Shown: positions 1-7,885, counted from the stretch's first letter. The stretch: 13,387 nucleotides of DNA from Pyrobaculum sp. (GCA_046293555.1 JBKBOT010000027.1:8065-21451); one strand, 5' to 3'. Numbers and translations: made by a program. The notes: generated by a model not told the origin, from the sequence alone.

Positions 1-4
1 TAGG

Positions 5-12
5 TATAAAAA
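5..12 (+). promoter_or_regulatory. Putative TATA box for rpl22 (leaderless transcript)
   Basis: TATAAAAA begins 28 nt upstream of the GTG at 33, the usual spacing for a leaderless archaeal mRNA. Confidence 0.55.
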
Positions 13-32
13 AGTTTTTAACTGGCCTTTTT

Positions 33-590
33 GTGCCTCTCGTGGCTGGCTACTCTCTCCCTGACGACAAGGTTGTAGAGCTGGTGTACAGGAGGTATGG
101 CGTCAAGATAGCGCCGGAGCAGATAGCTAGAGCCTACTGGCCCGAGCAGAGGGTGTCTTGGAAGAAATGTGTAGAGGTGGCCAGGTTTGTCAAGGGGATG
201 ACGCTTAGGCAGGCGGAGGGCTGGCTGAGAGACGTGGTGGAGTTGAAAAAACCCGTCCCCATCAGGACTTTTAAGAAGAAGCAGGCCCACCACGCGACGC
301 CGTGGAGGGGCTGGCCTGTGGCGAAATGGCCGGTGAAGGTGGCTAGGCGTTTCCTCCAGGCGTTGGAAAATCTGGAGAATAACGCCAGGTTTAGAGGTCT
401 CGACGTGGAGCGGGTGGTGGTCATACATGCCGCGGCCCACAAGGGCGTGAAGATACGTAACATAATGCCGAGGGCTTTCGGCAGGGCGACGCGGTTTGAC
501 GAGGAGACTGTAAACATAGAGGTGGTGGGGGTGGAGCTACCTAAGGAGGTTATGCCGAGGCGCCGCCGGCTGAACCTGGCGAGGAGGTAG
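33..590 (+). CDS. rpl22: 50S ribosomal protein L22 (uL22), archaeal type
   Basis: Motifs [35 protein letters not shown] and [10 protein letters not shown] are typical of archaeal uL22/eL17. Confidence 0.96.
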   Translation: MPLVAGYSLPDDKVVELVYRRYGVKIAPEQIARAYWPEQRVSWKKCVEVARFVKGMTLRQAEGWLRDVVELKKPVPIRTFKKKQAHHATPWRGWPVAKWPVKVARRFLQALENLENNARFRGLDVERVVVIHAAAHKGVKIRNIMPRAFGRATRFDEETVNIEVVGVELPKEVMPRRRRLNLARR

Positions 591-591
591 C

Positions 592-981
592 CTACAGACG
601 TCTTGCATATCTGTCTGCCTCCCTGTTTTTCCCTCTCGGCACCCAGCTCACCTCGTGGTGTCGAAATTTCTGGAGGAGCTCTCTGGCCCTGGCGTAAAGG
701 GGCTTGAGGTGTGGGGCCCTCACCTTGTAGAGGCCGGCTATCTGCCTTACTACCAGCTGGCTGTCGCCAAATATGTGGATACAGTCGGCGCCTAGCTCCA
801 ACGCCTTCTCTAGGGCTTTAACTAGTGCGGTGTATTCCGCGTAGTTATTTGTGCAGTCTTTGGGGCAGGCCACCCCGCCCTCTCCATAGAGCTTCCTTCC
901 CCCCCTGGTGATCACAAATCCGTATGTCCCAACGCCGTCTGGCTGGCAGGCGCCGTCGAAGTATATCTCTAGGCAGTCCAC
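592..981 (-). CDS. rnhA: Ribonuclease HI (archaeal/type 1 RNase H)
   Basis: DEDD catalytic motifs IYFDGAC, TNNYAEY, IFGDSQLV and NREAD; GTG start abuts the rps3 stop codon. Confidence 0.93.
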   Translation of the reverse strand: MDCLEIYFDGACQPDGVGTYGFVITRGGRKLYGEGGVACPKDCTNNYAEYTALVKALEKALELGADCIHIFGDSQLVVRQIAGLYKVRAPHLKPLYARARELLQKFRHHEVSWVPRGKNREADRYARRL

Positions 982-1614
982 CTAGGGCCGCGTCGGAGGC
1001 TTTATCTTGTATTCATCTGAGTACTGGAGCGTGGTGGGGGTTATTCTCACCTCTATGCCGTATATGCCTGGCTTTAGGAGCACGTGGACTACGGCGCGTC
1101 TTACCCTATTCTTGGCGTCGTGTCCGGTTTTGTATAGCCTTCCGGCGGTGATTTTCTCAAACCTCGCCCTTTCTGTAGATAGCTTCCCGCTGACCACCAC
1201 CTCGAAGCCCTTAGCCCCCGCTTCAGTTAGCTGCCTCACTGCTACAAACATGACCCTTCTGAACCTCACCCCCTTGGCCATGGCGTTTGCAATTCGGTAT
1301 GCCACAACCTTGGGGAACATCTCCGGCGCCTCTATCTTGGAGACGTCTATCACGTCGATTTGTGGGTTTTCTACCCCCAGCTTGTTGGTAAGTATGTGGC
1401 TAACTTCTTTCACGATTGCGCCCTTTCTGCCTATAATTCTCGAGGGCCTCTCGGCGTAGATTATAATACGGGTGCCCAGGGGGGTCTTCAGGATTTCTGA
1501 GTCTATGTAGCCATATTTGCCGAGCTTGTATTCTAGAAACTCCTTTATGACCCACTTCTTTTTGTTTTCCTCAACAATTTTCTTGTAGATAGCCATCCTC
1601 TTTTGTGTAGCCAT
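982..1614 (-). CDS. rps3: 30S ribosomal protein S3 (uS3)
   Basis: KH domain (TPLGTRIIIYAERPSRIIGRKG) and C-terminal GAKGFEVVVSGKL...KPGIYGIEVRI. ATG at 1614 preferred over TTG at 1620 because TTTATATA (1642-1635) lies 28 nt upstream. Confidence 0.96.
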   Translation of the reverse strand: MATQKRMAIYKKIVEENKKKWVIKEFLEYKLGKYGYIDSEILKTPLGTRIIIYAERPSRIIGRKGAIVKEVSHILTNKLGVENPQIDVIDVSKIEAPEMFPKVVAYRIANAMAKGVRFRRVMFVAVRQLTEAGAKGFEVVVSGKLSTERARFEKITAGRLYKTGHDAKNRVRRAVVHVLLKPGIYGIEVRITPTTLQYSDEYKIKPPTRP

Positions 1615-1634
1615 CGCCAATTCTTTCTACCCGA

Positions 1635-1642
1635 TATATAAA
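1635..1642 (-). promoter_or_regulatory. Putative TATA box for rps3-rnhA
   Basis: Minus-strand GAAAG-TTTATATA (purine-rich BRE-like element plus TATA) 28 nt before ATG 1614. Confidence 0.65.
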
Positions 1643-1643
1643 C

Positions 1644-1697
1644 TTTCAGCAAGGGGTGAACCGCTCACCTATCGCCTTAAAGGAATTTACATCACAG
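1644..1697 (-). ncRNA. Box C/D 2'-O-methylation guide sRNA with two guides complementary to 16S rRNA
   Basis: Minus strand reads C box GTGATGT (1695-1689), guide AAATTCCTTTAAG, D' GCGA (1675-1672), TAG, C' GTGAGCG (1668-1662), guide GTTCACCCCTTG, D box CTGA (1649-1646). The guides are antisense to the conserved archaeal 16S segments CUUAAAGGAAUU and CAAGGGGUG(A/G)A. Ends are approximate. Confidence 0.9.
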
Positions 1698-2922
1698 ATC
1701 TGGGGTCCGTGATCTTACCTCTCAACGCGGTGGCGGCGGCTGTGGCTGGGTTTGCCAGATATATCCTCGCGTCGGGGTGCCCCACCCTCCCCCTGAAGTT
1801 ACGGTTTGTGGTGGTGAGCACCACCTCCCCCGGCCCAGCTATGCCGAAATGTCCGCCGAGACAGGGGCCGCAGGTGCTATATGTCACCACGCAGCCCGCC
1901 TTTGTCAATATGTCGATATAGCCGAGCTCCAGCGCCTTTCTGAAGACGTCGTAGCTCGCCGGTATTGCGATACATCTACTCCTGGCCTTTCCCTCTTTTA
2001 AGATCCTGGCGGCGACCTCGAGGTCGCCAAGCCTGCCGTTGGTACAGGACCCTATGAAGACCTGATCTACCTCCACGCCCTCCACCTCTCTCACCGACTT
2101 GATGTTATCCACGCTATGTGGCGCCGCCACCAGCGGCTCTAGCTTGTCTAGCTCTACTTCATACCTGTCGTGATGTCCCCCCAACTCGAGGCGGGGCGGG
2201 CTGTAGGAAACGCCTCTAGCCTCTAGATACGCCACGGTGACTGGATCTGGGGTAAACATGAGGGCGTCTGCCCCCATTTCGGTAGACATGTTGGCCACCG
2301 CCGCCCTGTCGTCCATGGGGAAGGCCTTGGGGTTCTCCACAAAGGCCTCTACAGAATAGCCGCTGAGGCCCTCCGCGCCGAATTCGGCCAGTAGGTGTAA
2401 AGCCACGTCTTTTCCAGACGTCCCCTTTGGGAACGTGCCCCTTATATATACGGCGAGGGGGGTTGGGGCCACTATCCAGGTCTTGCCTAGTTTCAACATG
2501 GCTGCGACGTCTGTGGCGCCCATCCCGTGGGCGAAGGCGCCTACAGCCCCGGCGGTGTTGGTATGTGAGTCTGCGGCGAAGATTATCTGTTCCGGCTTGG
2601 CGTATTTCTCCAGTATGACCTGGTGTAATATCCCCCCGCCGACGTCGTAAAAATGCGGAAGCCCCAAGGCCCTGACGTGTCTTCTTATGTAGGCCATGAT
2701 CTCCGCGGCCCTCTGGGTTGGGGGTGGGGAGAGGTGGTCAAAAGCCACCACTACCCTCTCCCGGTCGAATACCTTCATGCCCATCTCCTCTAGTACTTCT
2801 AACACGTGGTAGCCCGTCAGGTCGTGAAACCCCACGAGGTCTGGCGTCACCTCTACCACCTCCCCCGGCGTCGGGATGCGGCCAGTCTTCCTGTAGAATA
2901 TATAGCCTGTCCACGTCTGCAT
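1687..2922 (-). CDS. leuC: 3-isopropylmalate dehydratase / homoaconitase family large subunit (aconitase family)
   Basis: HDLTG, FDH, GILHQ and ADSHT motifs; [4Fe-4S] ligands FIGSCTNGR and CGPCLG; TTNRNFRGR. Start moved to ATG 2922 (MQTWT) to avoid a 20-nt overlap with the upstream gene. LeuC vs HacA specificity cannot be resolved from this subunit. Confidence 0.88.
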   Translation of the reverse strand: MQTWTGYIFYRKTGRIPTPGEVVEVTPDLVGFHDLTGYHVLEVLEEMGMKVFDRERVVVAFDHLSPPPTQRAAEIMAYIRRHVRALGLPHFYDVGGGILHQVILEKYAKPEQIIFAADSHTNTAGAVGAFAHGMGATDVAAMLKLGKTWIVAPTPLAVYIRGTFPKGTSGKDVALHLLAEFGAEGLSGYSVEAFVENPKAFPMDDRAAVANMSTEMGADALMFTPDPVTVAYLEARGVSYSPPRLELGGHHDRYEVELDKLEPLVAAPHSVDNIKSVREVEGVEVDQVFIGSCTNGRLGDLEVAARILKEGKARSRCIAIPASYDVFRKALELGYIDILTKAGCVVTYSTCGPCLGGHFGIAGPGEVVLTTTNRNFRGRVGHPDARIYLANPATAAATALRGKITDPRSVM

Positions 2923-2941
2923 ATAGCTGGAGTGAAATCTA

Positions 2942-3691
2942 CTATAAATACATGAGCTCATTTAGGACTGTAGATACCCGCCTCCGCACCTTTTTAGACA
3001 CGCCGGCGTTTTTCGCAACCTCTATCACCTCGCCGCCAATTCTCACCTGTAGCTCAAGCTCCCCGAGGTACTGAGGCGCCTGCCTGATGGTGTACCTCCC
3101 CTCCCACTGTAACAACTGGAGCGCCTGTAGGATCTCCACGTAGTTTATAACGCCCACGGGGTCGAAGGGGGGCAGCCTCGGGCCCCGCTGCCCCCTCCTG
3201 TTGGAGAGGTAGATCTCCCTTATGTAGCCCCCCAGCGCCACGATGGTTGTATATATCTCCTTCATCCCCCTGGCCTTCACCGGGTCGTATACAACCCGCG
3301 CCGCCGTGGGCCTTATGGCCCTGGCCACAGCCTCCACGTCTTTAATACGGGACATGGGGGGGACGCCGTAGAGCCAGTTTACCTCCACGCCGTATTCCGC
3401 CGCCGTGTTGTAAATTGCGGCTATCTCCCCCATGGCGGGGGGCGGGGGGAGGACAAGCCTCCTTACCCCCATGGCGTCTGCCAGCATGACGTACCACTGG
3501 AACTCCCCCGGCCCCACCCTGGGCAACGCCAGCGCCTCTAGGGAGGGGTCCTCAAGCTCCAGCGCTGCGGCTATGGGGGACCTCGAGGTGTCTAAAACGC
3601 CGGTCTCCAGGACGTAGGTCAGGCCCATCTGTTCCACAGCTCTCAGCGCCTCCCTCCACCTCCCCCTCTTTAGATATATCTGGAAGGTCAT
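2942..3691 (-). CDS. Xylose isomerase-like TIM barrel (sugar phosphate isomerase/epimerase, AP endonuclease 2 family) protein, divergent
   Basis: Pattern [47 protein letters not shown]...WEG fits the family C-terminal half; 4-nt ATGA overlap with nep1. Confidence 0.6.
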   Translation of the reverse strand: MTFQIYLKRGRWREALRAVEQMGLTYVLETGVLDTSRSPIAAALELEDPSLEALALPRVGPGEFQWYVMLADAMGVRRLVLPPPPAMGEIAAIYNTAAEYGVEVNWLYGVPPMSRIKDVEAVARAIRPTAARVVYDPVKARGMKEIYTTIVALGGYIREIYLSNRRGQRGPRLPPFDPVGVINYVEILQALQLLQWEGRYTIRQAPQYLGELELQVRIGGEVIEVAKNAGVSKKVRRRVSTVLNELMYL

Positions 3692-4353
3692 ACCAGCCCC
3701 AGCGCCGCCTCAGCCGCCGTGACCAGCCTACAGACCACCTGGGGGGCGTCTAGAACGCCTTCGCCAATCCTGTAGACCCCCTCCGCCTCCCTTAAGACCC
3801 ACTGGTTTTCAAAATCGCCGTGGGGGAAGCCCCCCACCACCACCACCGCGTCTTTAACCAACTGGCCTAACTCCCACAGTGGCTTCCTCTCACCTCTTTC
3901 GTGCATCGCCACCCACCTGCCCCCCAGTCTTTCTAACAGCTGGGATAATGTAGACCTCTCCACCTCCATGAGGGGGTCCCCCCTTGGCGGCACGCGGCCG
4001 GCGGAGTACAGCTGTTCCGCCAGGGAGAGGAAGTTGTTGTAATTTTTGGGGAGGCGGGCGTCTGGCCGTATTTTAATCACGCGGTCCCCCGCCGTGTGTA
4101 CATAGGCCCTCCCCATCCCAGATCTAGCCAGCGGGCTGTATTGAAAGGCTAGTAGAGACTGGTGGATTATGTCTGGCCTCCCCCTCCTGGAGGCTTGCGG
4201 CAATATCCACATGGCGGGGTGGTGTCTAGCCCTATCTAGCAGCATCTCCCCGGGCTTTTTCCCACGCCTCCTGGCGTCGGCGAGCACCGCCGGGTGGCTC
4301 CACAACTCCCGCGGCACCGGCTCTATGGAGGACTCGGCGAGCACTAATATCAC
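3688..4353 (-). CDS. nep1: Ribosomal RNA small subunit pseudouridine N1-methyltransferase Nep1/EMG1 (SPOUT)
   Basis: ILVLAESSIE, LLDRARHH, RGRPDIIHQSLL, RLPKNYNNF and VVGGFPHGDF signature motifs. Confidence 0.93.
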   Translation of the reverse strand: MILVLAESSIEPVPRELWSHPAVLADARRRGKKPGEMLLDRARHHPAMWILPQASRRGRPDIIHQSLLAFQYSPLARSGMGRAYVHTAGDRVIKIRPDARLPKNYNNFLSLAEQLYSAGRVPPRGDPLMEVERSTLSQLLERLGGRWVAMHERGERKPLWELGQLVKDAVVVVGGFPHGDFENQWVLREAEGVYRIGEGVLDAPQVVCRLVTAAEAALGLV

Positions 4354-4613
4354 TGGAGGAGGCCCTTCTCTAGCTCTTCTATGTCGGCTATAATGGCCTT
4401 TATGGCCCTCCCCACGGCCTCTAGGGGGTGTCCCCTACGTACCTTCAACTTGAAGTGTATGTTTTCCAGCAGTGGGTGGTCTACGTCTAGTTGTACGTAC
4501 TCCACGTCTGGGTCGTTGGAGAGATATTCCACAAGTGGGGAGAAGAGGGTGTATGTCTCCCCCCTTGCCTTAAGCTCGAGGTAGCTGCCGTCCAGCCTTA
4601 TTACTTCAAACAC
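4350..4613 (-). CDS. rpoL: DNA-directed RNA polymerase subunit L (Rpo11)
   Basis: 87 aa; GETYTLFSPLVEYL...VEY...DHPL matches the RpoL/RPB11 GEDHTL..YxxxHPL pattern; near csl4. Confidence 0.88.
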   Translation of the reverse strand: MFEVIRLDGSYLELKARGETYTLFSPLVEYLSNDPDVEYVQLDVDHPLLENIHFKLKVRRGHPLEAVGRAIKAIIADIEELEKGLLQ

Positions 4614-4614
4614 T

Positions 4615-5160
4615 TTACGGCATTTTTCCCCCCCTTAAAAACTTTAACGTCTCCTCATATCTCAAGGCCTTGTCTAAAAGCCCCAGCCTCTGTAGCTCCT
4701 CTATGGCTTTCCCTATGGTGAGACCTTTGGCGTGTGCATATGCCGTAACTACCCTCTTGGCGTGTGGCGTCAGGGGGTATCTCTCGGCCTCCTTATAGAG
4801 CCTAGATATCTCTCCCGCAGTCTTTAAGACCTCGTCGTAGCTCACGTCTGTTTCCAACACGTCGCCTTTGATCTCTGCCGTATGTCCCCTTAGGGTTAAC
4901 GCGTTGGCAATAGCCTCTGGGGGGATGGGTCTCGCCAGGTTTGTATCTCTAAATAATACCAACAGCGGTATCTTGCCGCCGCCTTTAGCCAAGGCGGCTA
5001 GCCTTTTTACTAACTCTGCCTCCTTTTTGTCTTCCAGCTGGATGTAAACATGGAGAAGTCTGGTTTTTACCAGATATGGCGTGTCTAAATGTCTCTCTAG
5101 AAGTATTAGAAATCTCTCCACCTCCTCCCTCCTGTGGAATTTAAACGACAGCTCCAACAC
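4615..5160 (-). CDS. Conserved crenarchaeal hypothetical protein, probably DUF2067 family
   Basis: N-terminal LSFKF..REEVERF and later IPPE.IANAL.LRG pattern; position immediately upstream of rpoL. Family assigned from recall. Confidence 0.6.
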   Translation of the reverse strand: MLELSFKFHRREEVERFLILLERHLDTPYLVKTRLLHVYIQLEDKKEAELVKRLAALAKGGGKIPLLVLFRDTNLARPIPPEAIANALTLRGHTAEIKGDVLETDVSYDEVLKTAGEISRLYKEAERYPLTPHAKRVVTAYAHAKGLTIGKAIEELQRLGLLDKALRYEETLKFLRGGKMP

Positions 5161-5178
5161 GCCACATAGGCATCACAC

Positions 5179-5195
5179 TTAAAAAAATTTTATAT
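5179..5195. promoter_or_regulatory. AT-rich divergent promoter region (csl4 / DUF2067 operon)
   Basis: TTAAAAAAATTTTATAT in a 43-bp divergent gap; TTAAAAAA lies 25 nt before csl4 ATG 5204 and TATAAAAT is on the minus strand. Confidence 0.55.
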
Positions 5196-5203
5196 CGTGG
5201 ATA

Positions 5204-5749
5204 ATGCCCCATGTGGAGAGAAGAGTGGTGACGCCGGGGGAGGTGGTGGGATATGCCGAGGAGTTTGACGTAAGGGGGGCCGTATATAGTGTGGACTATA
5301 GATACATAGCGGCGACTGTAGGTATGGCGTTATTTAACAAGAGTACACACATGGCGTTGGTGAAATCCTTTAGAGATCCCGCCTTGCCCCCACAGGGCGT
5401 GGTGGTTTACTGTGTAGTTACAAGCAAGGGGCGGCGGGCCTATATGCTTAAGTGTTTTGCAGTAGAGAGGGGGCAGAGGCCTACAGATCTGAAATACCAA
5501 ATCACTGGGGTGTTGCCATACCTCTTTACAGACGGCGATTTGGGCATTGGCGACTATATAAGAGGTAAGGTGGTATCCACATATGGCCCCCCAATAGTGG
5601 TGTCCATACGGGGTCACACCTATGGCTCTGTCCTCTCCCGATGTCCCCGCTGCGGCTCCGCGTTGAGGAGAAGGGGCATGGCCCTATATTGCCCCAACTG
5701 TGGGACAGAGGCGAGGAGAAAAATCGCCGTGGGGTACTACATGATGTAG
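5204..5749 (+). CDS. csl4: Exosome complex RNA-binding protein Csl4
   Basis: N-terminal VVTPGE..G..EEF, central S1-like region (GDYIRGKVVS) and C-terminal zinc ribbon CPRCG...CPNCG.E.RKIA. Confidence 0.9.
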   Translation: MPHVERRVVTPGEVVGYAEEFDVRGAVYSVDYRYIAATVGMALFNKSTHMALVKSFRDPALPPQGVVVYCVVTSKGRRAYMLKCFAVERGQRPTDLKYQITGVLPYLFTDGDLGIGDYIRGKVVSTYGPPIVVSIRGHTYGSVLSRCPRCGSALRRRGMALYCPNCGTEARRKIAVGYYMM

Positions 5750-5791
5750 GTCTTTAGTTCGGAGAGGTGAAGAAGAACCCACGAGCTGACT
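5739..5791 (+). ncRNA. Box C/D guide sRNA at the 3' end of csl4
   Basis: C box ATGATGT (5741-5747), 12-nt guide AGGTCTTTAGTT, D' CGGA (5760-5763), GAG, C' GTGAAGA (5767-5773), 12-nt guide AGAACCCACGAG, D box CTGA (5786-5789). Canonical 12/12 spacing exactly fills the csl4-rpl23 gap. Ends are approximate. Confidence 0.85.
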
Positions 5792-6044
5792 ACATTACTC
5801 CAACCTTGCTGAGAAGATCAATTGCGTTGTGTTCTCTAGCTAGCTTCACGTAGGCTTTCTTCTCGCCCCGCGGCGTGATCGACGTGTTGACTTTCTCCAC
5901 CTCGACGTTATAAAGCCTTTTTATCTCGTCGGCAACTTGCTTCTTGGTGGCAGTCCTGTCTACAATCACTACTATCTTGTTTTCTCTCTCTGCCAGTCTG
6001 AGCGTCTTTTCTGTAACTAAAAACCTTATGACTAAAGGCCTCAT
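5790..6044 (-). CDS. rpl23: 50S ribosomal protein L23 (uL23)
   Basis: VTEK...ENK....VD..ATKKQV...YNVEVEKVNT.ITPRGEKKAYVKL. Confidence 0.96.
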   Translation of the reverse strand: MRPLVIRFLVTEKTLRLAERENKIVVIVDRTATKKQVADEIKRLYNVEVEKVNTSITPRGEKKAYVKLAREHNAIDLLSKVGVM

Positions 6045-6877
6045 AGGAAGAGCCCCCTTAGCCTCTCTACCGCTGGAAGCGTCCAGAGCGTCAACCTGCC
6101 GGGCGTGCCTCCAGGCGCCAGTACTAACATGTTTAGATGATCTACAGGCACTACGTCTACTCCCGGAAGGTTCCTCACGGCGTTTACCAACGGCGATTTT
6201 TGAGAGACTACCACCAAGACGCTTTTAGGCTCCTTATACCGCCTCCCTCTCATCTTCCCCTTGCCGGCCCTTATTTTAAGCTTTTTCGCGGCTCTCTCCA
6301 CGTCGTCCCAAAGGCCGAGGGCTTGAAACAGTTTTTTAGCCTCTTTAGTCTTGTCGATATTCTCCACGTCGCCGATCACTACTACCGGCAGGGCGGGCAC
6401 TTTTTCCACCAGGTGGCCTCTCTGAGAGACCCAGGACTTGTAGGCCGTGGCGGCTATGGCGGACCTAATGGCCAGTTTTTTCTCCTTCTTGTTTATCTCC
6501 TCGTGTAGCCTCTTCTCCACTCTGGGCGGGTGTGCCCTCCTCCCCCCGCGGGTGTTGGGGGCAAAACAGCCTCGCGGCCATAGGGAGCCTTTATACCTCG
6601 GGATTCTGGCTATGCCGAGCCCCACGCCGAAGGACTCACAGCTGTGTTCCTTCCCGGCCCCCTCGTAGACGCCTTTTGGCTGAAACCTCGCGCTTAACGC
6701 GCTTAGATACGCCCTCCTGATTAAATCGGGCCTTACTGGCTCTAAGAAGTGTGCTGGCGGCTCTATCTCTGCCGCCGGCCTCCCCTCTAGGTTAAACACC
6801 TTGAGTACCTCCGGCGGCCTTTCTGCCGGTTGTACGTAAGGACTTAAGTCCAGCTGTCTGAACACAGCTGTGGCCAT
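6041..6877 (-). CDS. rpl4: 50S ribosomal protein L4 (uL4)
   Basis: VRPDLIRRA, ESFGVG.GIARIPR, RGGRRAHPP, IRAGKGKMRGRRY and LAPGG.PGRLT motifs; GGGGT SD-like sequence before the ATG. Confidence 0.97.
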   Translation of the reverse strand: MATAVFRQLDLSPYVQPAERPPEVLKVFNLEGRPAAEIEPPAHFLEPVRPDLIRRAYLSALSARFQPKGVYEGAGKEHSCESFGVGLGIARIPRYKGSLWPRGCFAPNTRGGRRAHPPRVEKRLHEEINKKEKKLAIRSAIAATAYKSWVSQRGHLVEKVPALPVVVIGDVENIDKTKEAKKLFQALGLWDDVERAAKKLKIRAGKGKMRGRRYKEPKSVLVVVSQKSPLVNAVRNLPGVDVVPVDHLNMLVLAPGGTPGRLTLWTLPAVERLRGLFL

Positions 6878-6886
6878 ATGACCCCT

Positions 6887-7885
6887 TTAAATACTTGTGC
6901 TCACCCAAACCACCTGCGGCTCTGTGGCCGGCGGCGCCCTTTTAGGCGGCCTTACCGGGTGTCTTAACACCACCAGCCTCTTCACCGCCCCGGGGACGCT
7001 GCCTTGTGTCAATACGTACGGCCCTTTAATCACGCCGTAGTGAGGGAAGCCGGACTTGGGGGTCACCTCGGCGCCATTTTCGCCAATCTTTAAGATCCTC
7101 TTGTTGTACTCAGTCCTCTGGTGGAACCCCATCTGTCCAGATCTCGGCGTGGTGAACATAAGCGCCGGCGCCTGGGGGCCGATGGTGCCGGTACGTCTAT
7201 GGCCCTTCCTGTGTTTATGCCAGCGGGGTAGTATCTTGACGCCAAACCTCTTGACGACTCCCTGGTAGCCCTTGCCCTTTGTGATTGCCAACACGTCTAC
7301 CAGCTGCCCTGGGGTAAACACCTCTCTTACAGACACCGTCTTCCCCAAGATGGAAGTGGCGTATTTAACCCTCTCGTCTATATTGCCGCCGCCTATAGGT
7401 ATTTCTAAAAGCTCTGGCGTCTTTTTGCCTATGCCGGACAGCCTGGGCTGTGTGGCCACAAGCGCCCTCACGTCGACAGCCACGTCTATAAACTGCTCGA
7501 CTTTCTTCCGCCGCTCATTTTTCGGCGGTGTTAACACCCTCTGGAGGTCTTTTGGGAGCTCTGGCGCCCAGACTTCCCCCACGGCGGTCTTGTAGCCATT
7601 TGTTGGGTCTAGGGTGTATAGCCTAAAGCCCATTATGTATAAAGGCGGGGCGTCCAACACTGTGACTGCCTTTACCACCTCCTTCCCGTAGAGGGGGCTT
7701 GTGGGCCTGTCCTCCACCACCACCACGTGTGCCATTCCTGCCTTATATGCGGCAAAGCCCAAGAGGGCTGGACTTTCCAGCCTTGCCTCTGGCCACGTGC
7801 GGACCCGCGGGGCGATGTCGCTAGCGCGTTTCCGCGGGTATACCCCCATGGAGCCTCGACGCGGTCTATGTATCTTAAGACCCAT
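6887..7885 (-). CDS. rpl3: 50S ribosomal protein L3 (uL3)
   Basis: HRPRRGSMG, AYKAGM.H, TKGKGYQGVVKRFG and GQMGFHQRTEYNKRIL. Start set at ATG 7885 (MGLKIHRP), 27 nt below TTTATAAA; in-frame ATG 7897 is an alternative. Confidence 0.97.
   Translation of the reverse strand: MGLKIHRPRRGSMGVYPRKRASDIAPRVRTWPEARLESPALLGFAAYKAGMAHVVVVEDRPTSPLYGKEVVKAVTVLDAPPLYIMGFRLYTLDPTNGYKTAVGEVWAPELPKDLQRVLTPPKNERRKKVEQFIDVAVDVRALVATQPRLSGIGKKTPELLEIPIGGGNIDERVKYATSILGKTVSVREVFTPGQLVDVLAITKGKGYQGVVKRFGVKILPRWHKHRKGHRRTGTIGPQAPALMFTTPRSGQMGFHQRTEYNKRILKIGENGAEVTPKSGFPHYGVIKGPYVLTQGSVPGAVKRLVVLRHPVRPPKRAPPATEPQVVWVSTSI

Noticed and set aside
2923-2961. 13-aa N-terminal extension of LeuC ([13 protein letters not shown])
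   Set aside because: It overlaps the upstream gene's end and does not resemble the family N-terminus; ATG 2922 fits better.
5150-5177. Minus-strand GTGATGC as a possible third C box
   Set aside because: No D', C' or D boxes at the proper spacing.
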